From the NCBI RefSeq assembly GCF_003704095.1, contig NW_020844363.1, forward strand, positions 744,001-808,000: a stretch of DNA of 64,000 nucleotides. The letters are read 5' to 3'. This DNA comes from Pocillopora damicornis. Lineage: Eukaryota. The position numbers and the translations under genes were made by a program. Numbering within the stretch: position 1 is the stretch's first letter; each line of letters begins with the position of its first letter. Positions 1-12,700 of the stretch are shown here, piece by piece. Below the pieces are notes generated by a model. It had not been told where the DNA came from. It saw nothing but the letters and a program-made list of their open reading frames with translations, and did not search any database.

Positions 1-457
1 TGACTTTTGCGTATCCGTGATTGTTGAAAGAATACACCTCAGTTTTTCGATTGAAGAGATATCCTCCTCTTTTAAACTGAACTGCTTTTTGCAGCTGGAA
101 ATTCAGTGTTTCGTGAACGGTAAGTTGTCGATTCAAGTATGTACGTTCATTATTTACTAGTGACGGTCCGTGACGGACTCACCGCTCAGAGCAAGCGGAG
201 AGGCTGGTTTTCTCTTCAAGTGTATTTGATGTGCTGTCACAAATCCTTATTATTAATATCTGACAATGCTTAAAATGTTATAAATGGATGAATTAAATTC
301 CAAATTTATTTTTTGGCAATCAATTCTTGTTCGTTGAGAACGTTGTATGGGTATTCAGTCAGATGGAATATAATAATTAGTAACGGTTTAAGGAACTTTT
401 CTTTCAAATCCGATTGAAAATTAAAACTGTTTCTCTTCTATTGCAGGCTTCGCAACC

Positions 458-3043
458 ATGGCGGATTTAAATTTTAGCCAACTGCAAAATTCCTCGATTT
501 CAAATGGCGAGGAACCTGATACCGAATACTTGGTGCTTGCACCTGTTCTGGGGCTCATAATGCTGCTCGCCATATCTGGTAACATGACCCTTATCATCAC
601 AATATGCCGCACTCGTAAACTGCGCACGTGCACAAACATGTTCATCTTAAACCAGGCATGCGCAGACCTGGGAGTCGCTTTATTTTGTATGCCATTTTCA
701 ATCATCACGTGCTACACACGAGACTGGATATTTGGTGACAGTATATGCCATCTAAATGGGTTTGTGAACATTCTGTTTGAGGCTTCATCGTTGTTTACGC
801 TTACTTCGATAAGCATCGAGAAATACTTTTCCATCGTCAAGCCTATGAGGGTTGTCATAACAAAAAAGGTGACAGTCACCATAGTTGCCATGACGTGGTT
901 TACAGCACTTGGGCTTGCAACCTTACCGTTGACAGGATTCATTGCGTTTGAATTTAAGCCGGGTAAGTAAAAATTTTTTTTTCCATTATGAATAATTTTT
1001 GAAAAAAATGAGCAACAAGTTTTAGAAGTCAATTATTAGTGCAGTTTGGGGTAAAAATTACAATTGATTAAGTATTCCAGAATTTCCCAAGAAATTTTAT
1101 TTGCTTACTTTTCAATAACATACATAGAAATTTAACTTCTTAGACTATTTGAGATTTAATTTAGTGAGGTGTTTTCAGCCCAAACGAGCATGCTGAAATG
1201 TCGCAAGTATGAATGTTTATTGAGGTAATAAATTTTTATTAACAGATTTATTACACCCAGTTTGAAATCACTGGTGGTCCCTGTAATCTGATTGGCTCTA
1301 ATTGGTGCGATTTATTCACGAATCGTACCATTTTTTGCTTTAAACGCATCTTTTTCCCAGCCAATGAAGAGGCTACACTAAAAACAAAACAACCAATCAG
1401 ATTTCAAGGCTTGTTCAAAGTAACCGATCAAATTGCAGGAAAATGAAAGACAAAGACTATCATACGGCAAATTTTGCAACTTTTGTTTCCAAAACTCCTA
1501 TTTCCCCCCCGCCCCTAAAAAAAAAAGATGAATTTAATTTCAAACCGGCTCAGTACTACATTAATAAAATATTTGAACTGACCAAGTCCTATATTTTGGC
1601 GATTTCAAAATGGATGCAATAGCCCGATAGTTAATCGATTAATGATTAATAACGGTAACTGAACCTCGTGTCGTGCAATTTTGGTCTGAAATCATACTTG
1701 TGATTACAAATCACGCGTATGATTTCAGCCCAAATTGCACTCCACTCATTTCAATTACCGTTATTAATCATTAATCGATTAACTATCGGGCGAAAAGTTG
1801 GCAGGGTTATGGAGTAACACAAGCTCGGCATAAAAGCCTATGAACCAAAAGAAAAGCTGCAAACAGTTTTAACAATTTTCTTCATTCCTTAGGGTCAACT
1901 CAGTGTGGAGTTCAAATCTCATCTAATGTTGGTCAAACCATTTACTCATTGGTGGTTCTTGGAGTCGCCTTCCTTATGCCGCTATGTATCATGGGATTCT
2001 GTTACATCAACATTTTCCTGGTTGTAAGGAAACACAACATTCGCCGTCCAAAGATGTCATATTCACGCATCGACAGAAAAAGTTTTCTGTCGACTCAAAG
2101 CCAAATAGCCCTGACCATTTTCATGATGTTCATTGCTTTTATTCTCTGCTGGTCACCTTATTTCGCGTACATGATCTACATGACCGCTCGTCAAGTGAAA
2201 AGCCCAGATGCATTCGCACGGAGCTTGGGACTAGTTTCTTATTGGTTTGCTTTCCTAAACAGCTGCATTAATCCGTTCCTGTACGGCCTCAGGAATCCTC
2301 TCATCAGAAGATCGCTGTATTCAATGTGCTGTAATCGCAAATTTCGAAGCAGTCGCAGACGCTATTCCTTGAGGAAAGCAAATGACTACCGTGATCCGCC
2401 ATTTTTTGGACCACCCCTGCCATTAGTCGACTACGACAAAACATCCCCTCCCTACCCAGCTTTCATCAACGTTGTTGCCCTGACCGAGGAAGACATAATC
2501 AGCCCAAATGAGGGAATTGGCGAGCCGACTGTGGACAGAGGAACTCAAACGGGCGAAAACTGGAAAATTTTATCTTTCCAAGATTTGCCGCAAACTTACT
2601 TCGTCAATGAAGCGTCTTCCACGACAAACCAAGTATTTCCACTTCAGTTACAAGAACAGGGAACGTTATTCGACCATACCCATAACGTTTCAAGTTCCTC
2701 ATGCTCTAGCATGTGCTCTGGTTGCAATCACGTGGTGACAAACAGTAATGAGGAAATCTTGTGTTCCAGCATGTCATCAGTGAAAGACAGTGGTCTGTGT
2801 AGTGAATGCGCATGCTTGTCTGATTATGAAAGTTCAACGAGTAGAAGTTGTAGTCAATGCAAACAAGATGACCTTGAATCGAATTCTTGCCCTTCGATTT
2901 TGAATCACACGAAAGAATTTCAATCGCATAGCGTGTTGCACCAAGTTGATCAGGCTGGAAACAATATGGAAAACTCCCTCCATTCCGCGGTGGGAAAAAC
3001 AAGAATGAGTTTTAAAATTGGTTGGATGGAATCTCATCTTTAA
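458..3043 (+). CDS. Orphan rhodopsin-family (class A) GPCR, copy 1; coding exons 458-962 and 1893-3043
   Basis: 7TM motifs: GN in TM1, ACADL, WIFG..C, SIEKY in place of DRY, CWSPY, NPFLY. A phase-1 intron G|gtaagt...ttccttag|GG joins FEFKPG-STQCG. Probable 5'UTR intron 120-446 (gtaagt...ttgcag). Long Ser/Cys-rich tail ending KIGWMESHL. Confidence 0.93.
1622..1791. mobile_element. ~170-bp foldback (MITE-like) element in the GPCR1 intron
   Basis: gcccgatagttaatcgattaatgattaataacggtaa at the left end is the exact reverse complement of the right end; the inner arms are imperfectly palindromic. Confidence 0.75.
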
Positions 3044-3361
3044 ACCAACCAAATATGTGATACTATGCCAGTTGTTGGCGGGTTCTTTTTCTTCGCGACG
3101 ATAAGAAGCCTGTAATTAGCTCTGAGTGAATTGACCTGAATACTAATGTTGCAAAAAACAAAATTAAATGTAAGCTAAAGCAAATCGCGAACTCATCTGT
3201 GACGATTTCTCGACAGACTTGCTATACACTTGTTGTTAGTCGATCAAAAATGATGAAGGGAAGAGCATTTGGATAGACGGCCTTCCCGTCGTTCCCTTCG
3301 TTGCGTATTTGATGCTTGATGATTGTATAGACTCTTTTAATCTTTTACACTTTGGTATGTT

Positions 3362-3461
3362 NNNNNNNNNNNNNNNNNNNNNNNNNNNNNNNNNNNNNNN
3401 NNNNNNNNNNNNNNNNNNNNNNNNNNNNNNNNNNNNNNNNNNNNNNNNNNNNNNNNNNNNN
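3362..3461. other. Assembly gap (100 N)
   Basis: Run of N. Other gaps: 36893-36992, 40762-40861, 49677-49776, 61647-61746. Confidence 0.99.
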
Positions 3462-4778
3462 TTCGCTTTAGCTGCGACACTGTGACTAATGGTCTCCAGC
3501 TTGAAGAACGCTGTCTTCAAAATCAAGGCGAAACCCTGCAATGCGGAGCTGTTTATTTTTCGGTGATTCTGTGAGTCTATTTTGGTGAAGTGACAACATA
3601 TAAATGTATATATCATCAACATATCCCATTCTTTAAATATCTCGGTCACTCATAGATCATGTGGCTCTTTTATTTGCCTAATTTGTCGCAATCAAGATTA
3701 CTAACATTCCATTGTGAATTTCTTTAAACAGTTTATAAACAAATCTTTCAGTGGCACAAGGCAACGTGAATTTTCGTTAATTCTTTCGAAGTAAAGAAGA
3801 GATGTTTACAATTTATGATCTTTCGTATTTTTGACGATTCCTCTCCCCTTGTCAGAGAACAAAGAAAACACATTTCCGGAGAACGTCTGAATTCAATAGA
3901 CTTGAAATCCGACTCCCTAGGATGTCCACAATGCTATTGTTGCTGGCTTTGTCCGATGTTGTCTCCGGATATGTTACAGCACTTAAAGTTGACAACATGA
4001 TCATGTTCTGAAAATATTGCGGGAAGGAGCAAAGTTACTTCACTGCAGGGAAAATCCGCGCGTTTTTTATTTTGGTAAGTCAATGTTAAATAGTTTGCTA
4101 TTCCCTTAAAGGCGACGATACTTGCTCTACGTGCGTGAGAAGCGTGGTATTGCAGACAGTCTTCCAGCCACCGCGTACTTGTCACATCTTTTTCCAAATC
4201 AAACGAAACAAGTTTTCAACCTTTTTATTTTTGGTTATGTAATATTGTAGATGCCGCAAGCTGCATAGTCAAAATGCCTTGATAAATTTGTCTCGGTTTT
4301 GTTTTCCACTTTGCAAGTAATTCTTGTTGTTATGGATTTAAAGAAAAAATGCATGGCTTGTCTCACTGAGCGTAATGGAAGTTATAGTGTTTGGCGTGAC
4401 ACAAACCTGTTGATAAAACAATTAGTGCTCATTATATTTCGATTTCGTTGATAAAAAATGCAGAAATTCACAGCTTTGTTCATTGTAAGATGCTCTCAAA
4501 ACCTAGAGCATAAATTTTCAATCTAGTCCAAGGTCTATCGCGGAACCATTTATCGTTATATTGTTCAATTCATTGAGCATGTCGTGCGTTAGGTATGTTG
4601 ACCATCAAACACTTCGCACCATGAATTTTTCTTATTCTTTGTTTGTAATCAGAGATGTAAAACATAAAGCGACTTCTGCTTTTTTTTTACCAAAGAAAAA
4701 TTCTGAGGTAGTGCAACTTAACCAGGTTTTTGGCTCTACAACATTTTGAATGATCTGAAATTTCCAACCATCTATTAT

Positions 4779-4984
4779 TTAACCTTTTCCACTCTAACAT
4801 TGGTATCCATATTCTCTACACTGTTCTCTTTACATTTTTTATATTACTGACAAGGAGAATTTGTTTGACAATCTTATTAAAAGCTTCTTCAATTGGTGAT
4901 CATTTCCCCTATTTTCATAATTTGATTCAAGGCTGATACTGAAAGGAGAAATAAGAAGCCAGTCATTCTTTTTTAAAGAGTTAA
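4779..4984. mobile_element. Diverged TTAA-flanked ~205-bp MITE (piggyBac-type non-autonomous), related to the copies at 24221, 28515 and 37721
   Basis: ttaaccttttcc...aaagagttaa termini, similar length and related internal sequence. Confidence 0.55.
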
Positions 4985-6494
4985 AAACTAATGGATTTTC
5001 TCTGGAAAGTCATAACAGGCTCCCCGTCTAACGCGTCCGTAACAATAATTTCTGAATGTTCATCGTGGAAATTCTAAATTCATAGAACAAATGGCATTTG
5101 CTATTCCTGTCTTGTCTCAGTTTTAATTCTGCCATTCATATATTTTTAATGCGCTCTCAGGAATGATCGTGTATCTGTAGAGTAACACGTTGATGGTATT
5201 GTGACCTATTGTTTGAAACACCAACTCTTGCTCAACCCCATCAAACAGTTCTGATCACTCAGACCCTTCAGGCTGAAATGAGGCTTGTGTTTACACTTCA
5301 AGAGTTAAAGCTTACAGTACTACTTCGTTAAGTTATTGATATTTTGTTCAGAGCTGAATATCCGACAATCAAACTAAATTAGGTTTTAGCGTATGTACCC
5401 TACCAAACATTATTGTTACCGACATATATGTTGCACGTGTGAGTACATTCTTGCAGGTTGTCGACGAGAGAGAATCCTTGATTCTATCTGGGCTGTCGAC
5501 TGAGAAAAGAAGCGCGTCGAGCTTATAGAAACTCAAAATCCAAAAATAAACTAAAAAATAAACACTAAAATTGTGTAACTAGAGATGTAGGTACCGGTTT
5601 TGGCTTTTGAATCCCAACTTTTGTTGAAAGTCACTCTATATGAAGCATTCTTAGGTTAGACAATTCTTTTCAGTTGACATAAGCTCTCGACTTTTACTCT
5701 GAGAAAAGCTTTCACTGAACTTTAAAGCGCGAGGTGATCCCGTGTCACAACACTGAGTCATAGAACAATGCGAGCGTTGACTGACAGTTGCAGGCTTACC
5801 TTTCTGTACTGTATTCCTACCCATTCTGCATTGAAAAAAACGGAAAACCGCGTATGGGTCGTTGCATATTAGACACATTATTGACTATAAAGGAGCTAGT
5901 GGTCAATAATGGACGTTCCTTATTCACTTAGCTTTGGCAAGTTTACACATATTTTCCATTTTTAGTAACGTAAACAATTTAAAAATTATCTAGACTTTGC
6001 AGTAATTGATCAAGTGGGAGGGGAGCAAGGTCTTGTACGTTGTAAACCTTGAGCCAAATTTCTACCGTCCGGCTCGACTTAATTGACACATGAACGTTTT
6101 TGAGATCAAATGAACGCCTCTCCCTACATCTGAGTGGGAAGGAAGCGTGCGGCATTTTCCGTCTTCACTCGCGACCTTTAAAGCGGGATTCTTTTTCTAT
6201 AGAAAACAGTATAGAGAATATGCATTCTGATGTTAGGGTATAAAGATCGATAAGCCTGCTTAGGTTAAGAGACAGGAGTAATAAACAGTACACTGAATAG
6301 AGACAATTTATATTCGGGATTGAACAACTGATACGGACTGCAAATAAGAAACTAGCAAGATAAGGCTAAAACTTCAATAAGCGAGACTGCAACACAACTG
6401 TTCCTCTTATATTAGTGAAACCTGTCTTATAATTTTTATCTTTTTTCTTCAATGTTTAGCCCCAAGCAATAGAGAGCAACTTGCAACTTGCAAC

Positions 6495-8732
6495 ATGGTG
6501 ATGAATAACGATAAATTTTCCCCAGTTAGTGTAGAAAACATAAATGGGACAACCGAACCAACGACGGTCACGTATAATGAACTTGAACGCCTTCTGATGA
6601 GTGGGAGTCTGGTACTGATCATGCTAGCGACTCTGATTGGGAACGGAACGGTTTGTCTGGCAGTCTCCAGACATCGTAAACTGCGCACGCGCACAAACAT
6701 TTTTATCATTAACCTGTCATGTGCTGATATCGGTGTTGCAATAATCTGCATGCCTTTCTCGTTGTACACGTGCTTGAATCATGAATGGGTGCTGAGTGAT
6801 GTTCTGTGCAAGTTAAATGGTTTCCTTAACATAGTATTCTGCATGAGTTCGCTTTTGACGCTTACAGCGATAAGTGTAGAAACGTATTTTGCCATCTGTA
6901 AGCCGCTGTACCACAGACATATGAGCCGAAAGTCTTCCATTGGTCTCTTGTTATGGACTTGGATTCAGCCAGTTGTCATAGCTTGTATTCCTCTCTTTGG
7001 CATCATGGAGTATGAATTTAAATCAGGTATTTATATAAATACTGATGTATATCGGTAAATTTTAATTTAACGTCGAAAGTGATCGTGAATTGCACTGGTT
7101 TTTCTTGAGATAGCAGGAACTAAAGCTCTTTTGTTTTTCTGCCCTGCACTCTGCGATTAATCTGGAAAACGTACGACTTGATCTATGGCAAAATCTTCGC
7201 TTCTTTCAGTTTGCCTTTCTATGCCCTAAGCCCTCTTAGCCGATTGTGAGATTTATTTTATCTACAGTGACAACTTTGATAATTCCTTTCAAGTTTGGGA
7301 CCCTCGATTGAATCGGGCTCTGTATTATTTTCTAAGTACTGACCGGCAAACGCTTTTAAAAGCTGATAGATATGGTAGTTTTTTTCATGTCTCTTCGATT
7401 CTCACCTTTTTCCTTTAGGGTAAAAGGTCATAGAATTCATCCCTGTTCAATGATGGCGATTGAAAATGAAAAGTACCTAATATTTAACTGCGCAGGAAAT
7501 TCATACCATGTGGCCCATCAGGAAAGCTATCATGGCTTAATTAGATAAATATCAACTTAAGATCCCTAATAAATAGTTCTTTTTTGATAGGTACAACTCA
7601 GTGTGGGGTCCAGTTCCCTACCAATCATTCTGAGCAAGTGTTCGCCATCTTTGTCATTTTGTTTGGCTTCGTAGTACCGCTTGGCATCATGGGTTTTACT
7701 TACAGTAATATTTTCCGTTCGGCCAGACGTCACACACGGCGCGTCAGTCGTGTCTCGTTTTCAAGCACTTCTAGTACTGGTTCCACCGCGGCCCATAAGC
7801 AAGTAGCGGTTACCGTGCTTATTTTACTGGTGGTTTTCTTATTTTGTTGGCTACCATACTTTTTATACGCTGCACTAGTCAGCGCCAAAAATTCCGCCTT
7901 GTCATCTGATCGCAGAGTGCTGGCGTTAGGAAAGGCTGCCTATTGGTGCGCTTTCACAAGCAGCGCGCTCAATCCCTACATTTACGGCTTCCGTAACCCG
8001 CAGTTCAGAAAGGAATTCCAGTTTCTACTTTGTTTGTTCTGCCCGTGCATTAGGACCGATTTGCGCACGCGGGGATGTAGTACTACAACGGTAAGCAGGG
8101 GCTCATGGGAAGGATATGCCGGCTTCGAATACAATCATCTCAAACGTACCAGTTTGTCGTGCCCCAGCCCTAAAGCGAGGCTCTCTGTAGACTTTGCTCA
8201 GTTTCCTCCAAATGGAGCCGCTAAGTTTGAGATGCTCGCCCTCAAAACTAAACTTTCCAACTGTTCGTCTGATCCGGGGTATCGCAGTCAAGAAGACAAC
8301 CGGGGCTTTGATGAAGAGACTGGACCGAGTGAGGAGGACGGGGCTGTTGGTGATAGCAACAACAATAACAGCTCATTTGGTGATGAAAGTCAAAACAATT
8401 TCATCAGAATCCTCGGTGATGACGCAAGTGTTCAAAATTCCAGTTACGGCCCAGAAGTACCAATCCTAGGCGCATATTCAAATCAAGTAAGAGTTCTTGA
8501 AAGGAATGCAGAGGAATTTACGGAAAACCTGTTTCATGACCATGAAAATGAGGTAGAAACCTCACGATCTGAGACTCAAACCGAGTCTCCTGACAACACC
8601 CAGCCAGGAAGGGAAATGCCTATGAATTACAGTTCCACAGAGGAGTTATTGACTCCCACGAGGCTCAGAGGGTGGAGTCTGAGAACTCTTGGAGCCAGGC
8701 TTAAACTCGGTTGGGTTGAAAGCACACTCTAA
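6495..8732 (+). CDS. Orphan class A GPCR, copy 2 (tandem paralogue); coding exons 6495-7026 and 7591-8732
   Basis: GNGTV, SCADI, SVETY in place of DRY, CWLPY, NPYIY. Intron at the same position and phase as copy 1 (YEFKSG|TTQCG). Ends KLGWVESTL. Confidence 0.93.
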
Positions 8733-9678
8733 TACCTTAAACTTTATCAATCTTAATCAAGTCTGCTCTCCAGTAAAAATATGTTTATGCTATCATATTG
8801 AAGCAACAAAAAACTGGCTAAGATAGGCTCTTAACCAGTTTAGTTTTTACATCGATCTCAAAACTTAAACCAAGCAATGAACAAGATAAGTCCAGTGCCA
8901 TAAACTCGGTCGCCAGGTCATAAAACGATCGTAAGGATAAATATGTATGCCCCCTATGTTAAGATCTTGGATTCCATGCTAGGAGGTGAAAAAGACCTGC
9001 ATAGCTGTTCAAAGATGCATGTTTAGTTCTGTTTAATCTTAATTTTGGAGTATGTTTTACTCTTCAAAGTTTATGGAGCCACAAGGTGGCAAAAAGGATC
9101 GGTTTGTTTAAAAATATTTGTCAAAATAAATTTATTTTTATCTCAGTAAGGAAATGGACGATGGAAACGAACAATGAAAAAACAACATATAGCAAAGTAA
9201 CAAATGTTTTACGTTGGACGTTAGGTAAATATTTTTAGCGTATATTCCATAATATAACGTTCATGAGCGTTGAAAAAACGTTCATCGTCTGGGAAGAGAA
9301 AAATTGTTATGCTCCCATATTAAAATTATGCATGATATCTTTGTAACTTCTTGACAAAAGTATAGTCAAAATACTTTTCAAACACTTTCAAATACTTTTT
9401 AAAGACATCTTACGGTATGACTCGTGCCATCATAAGTTTGCTGTGTTGTATCCGTTTACTTTATTATTACACGTCACAGGAACAGTTCATTACCCTTACA
9501 ATAATTTAAGTGGTCTCTATACAACGCATCCTCTACTTAGGGTTATTAGCGGTTTGGACTGAGTGTAGAACTTAAGAGCACTCAGCCGAATATTTGGGCT
9601 TACCACACCCCAGATAGTTTTGAGTAAAGCGAGTGAGCCTGGTGACGGAAATGCGCGCCTGCATCACCTTGCGCTGTA

Positions 9679-9690
9679 CAACATGGCGGC
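9679..9690 (+). promoter_or_regulatory. YY1-like promoter motif (CAACATGGCGGC) just upstream of the COX18 start
   Basis: Matches the AANATGGCGG consensus ~70 bp before the ATG, in a CpG-containing region. Confidence 0.45.
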
Positions 9691-9752
9691 AAATTTGGCG
9701 ATTAAAATAACATATCCCAAGAAGACCATAAAAAGCAGCTGACAAATGCAAC

Positions 9753-12700
9753 ATGAGTGCTTTACGGCTGTTGGCGAGACGTTTTAACTACTCGGTAAGT
9801 TTTTCTTCTTGTTTAGAATTACATTCGATAAACTTGACTGTTTTTGCATTGAAATAGTATTTCTGGTATCTTCAACAGACATTGAGACCCGCGAGAGTTC
9901 TTCTTCATCCAAACGTTGCCACTACACCTTCATTTTACACTCTTCAAGACAAGAGGCATAGTAGCAATGAAGCACCGTCGTATTTTTTCTTGTTTTCTCC
10001 CGATCTTCCTCCTGTGTATGCACTTCAAGTATTCCTGGAGACAGTCCATACTTGGACTCATCTTCCATGGTTCGTGATAAAATATGTTAACCATATTACC
10101 TAGTCAGGCTGTAAAGAGCTAATTTACTACATGCTTGTCAGCTCTGTCTTTGAATAAATTAGAATTTTTTGTCTACTAATTCTGGGGTTATTTTTATTAC
10201 TTTTCATTTTTATTATTATTATTATTATTATCGTACAATTTGATTCAGCCTATTTAAACTGCACTTGTACAGTCAGACAACTGCAATAGATGAAAGCACT
10301 GTCGAAATTAATTCTGGATTGTGTTGCTTTTTATTCACTCTACTCTCTAATTGGCCAACTTATTGCGTTCTTTGCGAAAACATTGACATGAACCACACTA
10401 GTAATTCTTGTCTACGGTAGTTATTACTTGTCAATCAGAAATTTGTAATTCTTAATTTTTTAAGGTGGGCAGTGATTGTTGGCTCTACAGTTGCTTTGAG
10501 AAGTATAGTCACAGTTCCATTGGCGATTTATCAGAATAAACTTCTTGCTGAAATTGAAATGCGTCAACCAACAATTAGTATGATGACTGAAGCTCTTAAG
10601 CATAGGGTAGTTGGAGAGTGTCGCAGATCAAATCAACCTCCTGAAGAAGCAGAGAGACAATATTTGAGAAAAGTAGGGATCCTTTCCTTTTCTGGATATT
10701 TGTGGATATTAGTTTATTAGTTTAATCTCTGTCCATAGCTGTTGAATCTCACAAACATTTTTTTAAGGTACTTGTCTGTTCAGTGCACATCTGGGAAAAA
10801 ATTTCAGCAACAACTTTGATTAATGTCATTAAAATACTTTTACTTGAGTGATTTGACAGTGCATCATGACAAACATTTTACCATCAAAAAACCTTTGAGA
10901 GATTTGATAGCTATTTATTCAACAAAGAATTGTTGAAAATCACTTTTCACCTGGGAAAAATTCTGCTCTCCCCAAAATTTGAAAAATTTGCACCATGAAC
11001 TCATCACTTTTTCAAGCTTTCATTCAAGCTCAATTCAGAATATTTAGCCACTAGTCTTCTTGGGTCAGTAAAAGGTTTTGAAGGAGGGTGATATTTAGTT
11101 TCCTCACAGCGTTATTGCATGACATTGCAAAGAATGAAATGTGTAGAAAATTAAGTGCATATTACATGAGTATACCTTTACCAAAACAGAGGATCATGAG
11201 AGGGTGGGCTTCTACTAAAAGTCAGTCATCAACCAATCAGGTTTTCTAGTCTCTTTCCCTGATTACTGAGTTTCAATGTCAAGATGCACCCTTGATTTAT
11301 CTTATCCAGAAAAAGCAATGTTGATGCTAACCTTACATCAAATATGGCTTTTGTATTCTTCTACAAGAGCTTATGCCATGATCACCTGGTTTATATGAAT
11401 GGGTATGTATATAAAGTTTTTGCAGATGTAATGTTACTTGATATAAATAACACATGATGAATAAAGTTTTTTGTATTGAAACAATTTTTCAGAGTAGAAA
11501 GATGATTTCTGAGTACTACAAGTCTGAAGGACTCAGTCCATTGAGGCTCTCAATATTGCCATGGACTCAGCTTCCACTGTGGTTCTTTCTCTCCTTGTCA
11601 CTTAGAAACCTGGTTGGTTTCTTTCCTTGGCAAAGGAATGCAGGTATAGCTAATAAGCAAATTTTCATTAATGCACTGATCAATTCAACTTCCCCTTTCT
11701 TGTAGATCACAATGTGTTTTATATTTTAAAATGGAGGTGTTTAGGATAAAGAGGTAACATTCATGCACAGATGTTTGCAACAAAGTGTGATGAAACTTTT
11801 TATTCTGTGAGCTTTAACATGCTTTTCACCTGCTGTTGCTATTCCCCTTTGAGTGTTGGAAAACTTGAGAGGTGGATATTAACTTTGCTGGTACATTCAT
11901 TTTTATTAATCTACTAATAGTTAAATGTGATCATAACTGCTACACTCACATCAGTGATTTTCTTTCATTTTAATTCTGTTTCTCAATTTAACTACAAAAT
12001 CCAAGTTAAAAATGTTCCTTTAAAAAACTTGTTATGAAAAGTGAATAAAATATGGTATGTTGGAATCTAGCTTGTACATGTCACACAACATATTAGTCAA
12101 AATAAGGTTTGAGAACATTGCATGATCATTGATGTGAAAGTTATAGCTAATTAGTACAAAAAAGTAAAATGGGATTACTTAGTAGTTTCACTAGGATGAA
12201 GTTGTCTGGGTATGTAGTTCAAAACTGTTCAGAAATCATGAAGTGGTTATCTTGAAAATGAATGCGTTAGTTTCGTTATAGAAACTACCTTATCATTTCA
12301 GAAAAATTACATGTACTGCTAAAATATCTTAAAGGAGGGGAAAGGGGTAATAAGAAATAAATTGACAAGACCTGCTAGGAGTATTTGGCGGCGTCTCAGG
12401 CTGAAACATTTTGTGACTTTGTATGTTTTACTTAAGATCCTTATTCTTTTAAATTATGCATTTGTTTGATTATTTGTGTGAAAATTGCATCAAAATTAAT
12501 ACTGTCTCATTATGAAAATGGTATGAAATAAATATTTTTATAAACCATTACTTAACTGTTACACTGCAGATTTTCACATATAGGCTCTCACATTCAATTT
12601 TTGACCAATGTTATCACTTTTTCTTTCAATCCTGCAACCATAATGCCAGTTTGACAATGTCATGTGATCTTCCATCGGTCTGAATAAGTTTGATTCCCTG

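Noticed and set aside
458-8732. GPCRs as opsins or aminergic receptors
   Set aside because: No Lys at 7.43 and no Asp at 3.32.
9683-9742. 19-codon uORF ahead of COX18
   Set aside because: Its ATG is part of the YY1-like motif; function cannot be supported without TSS data.
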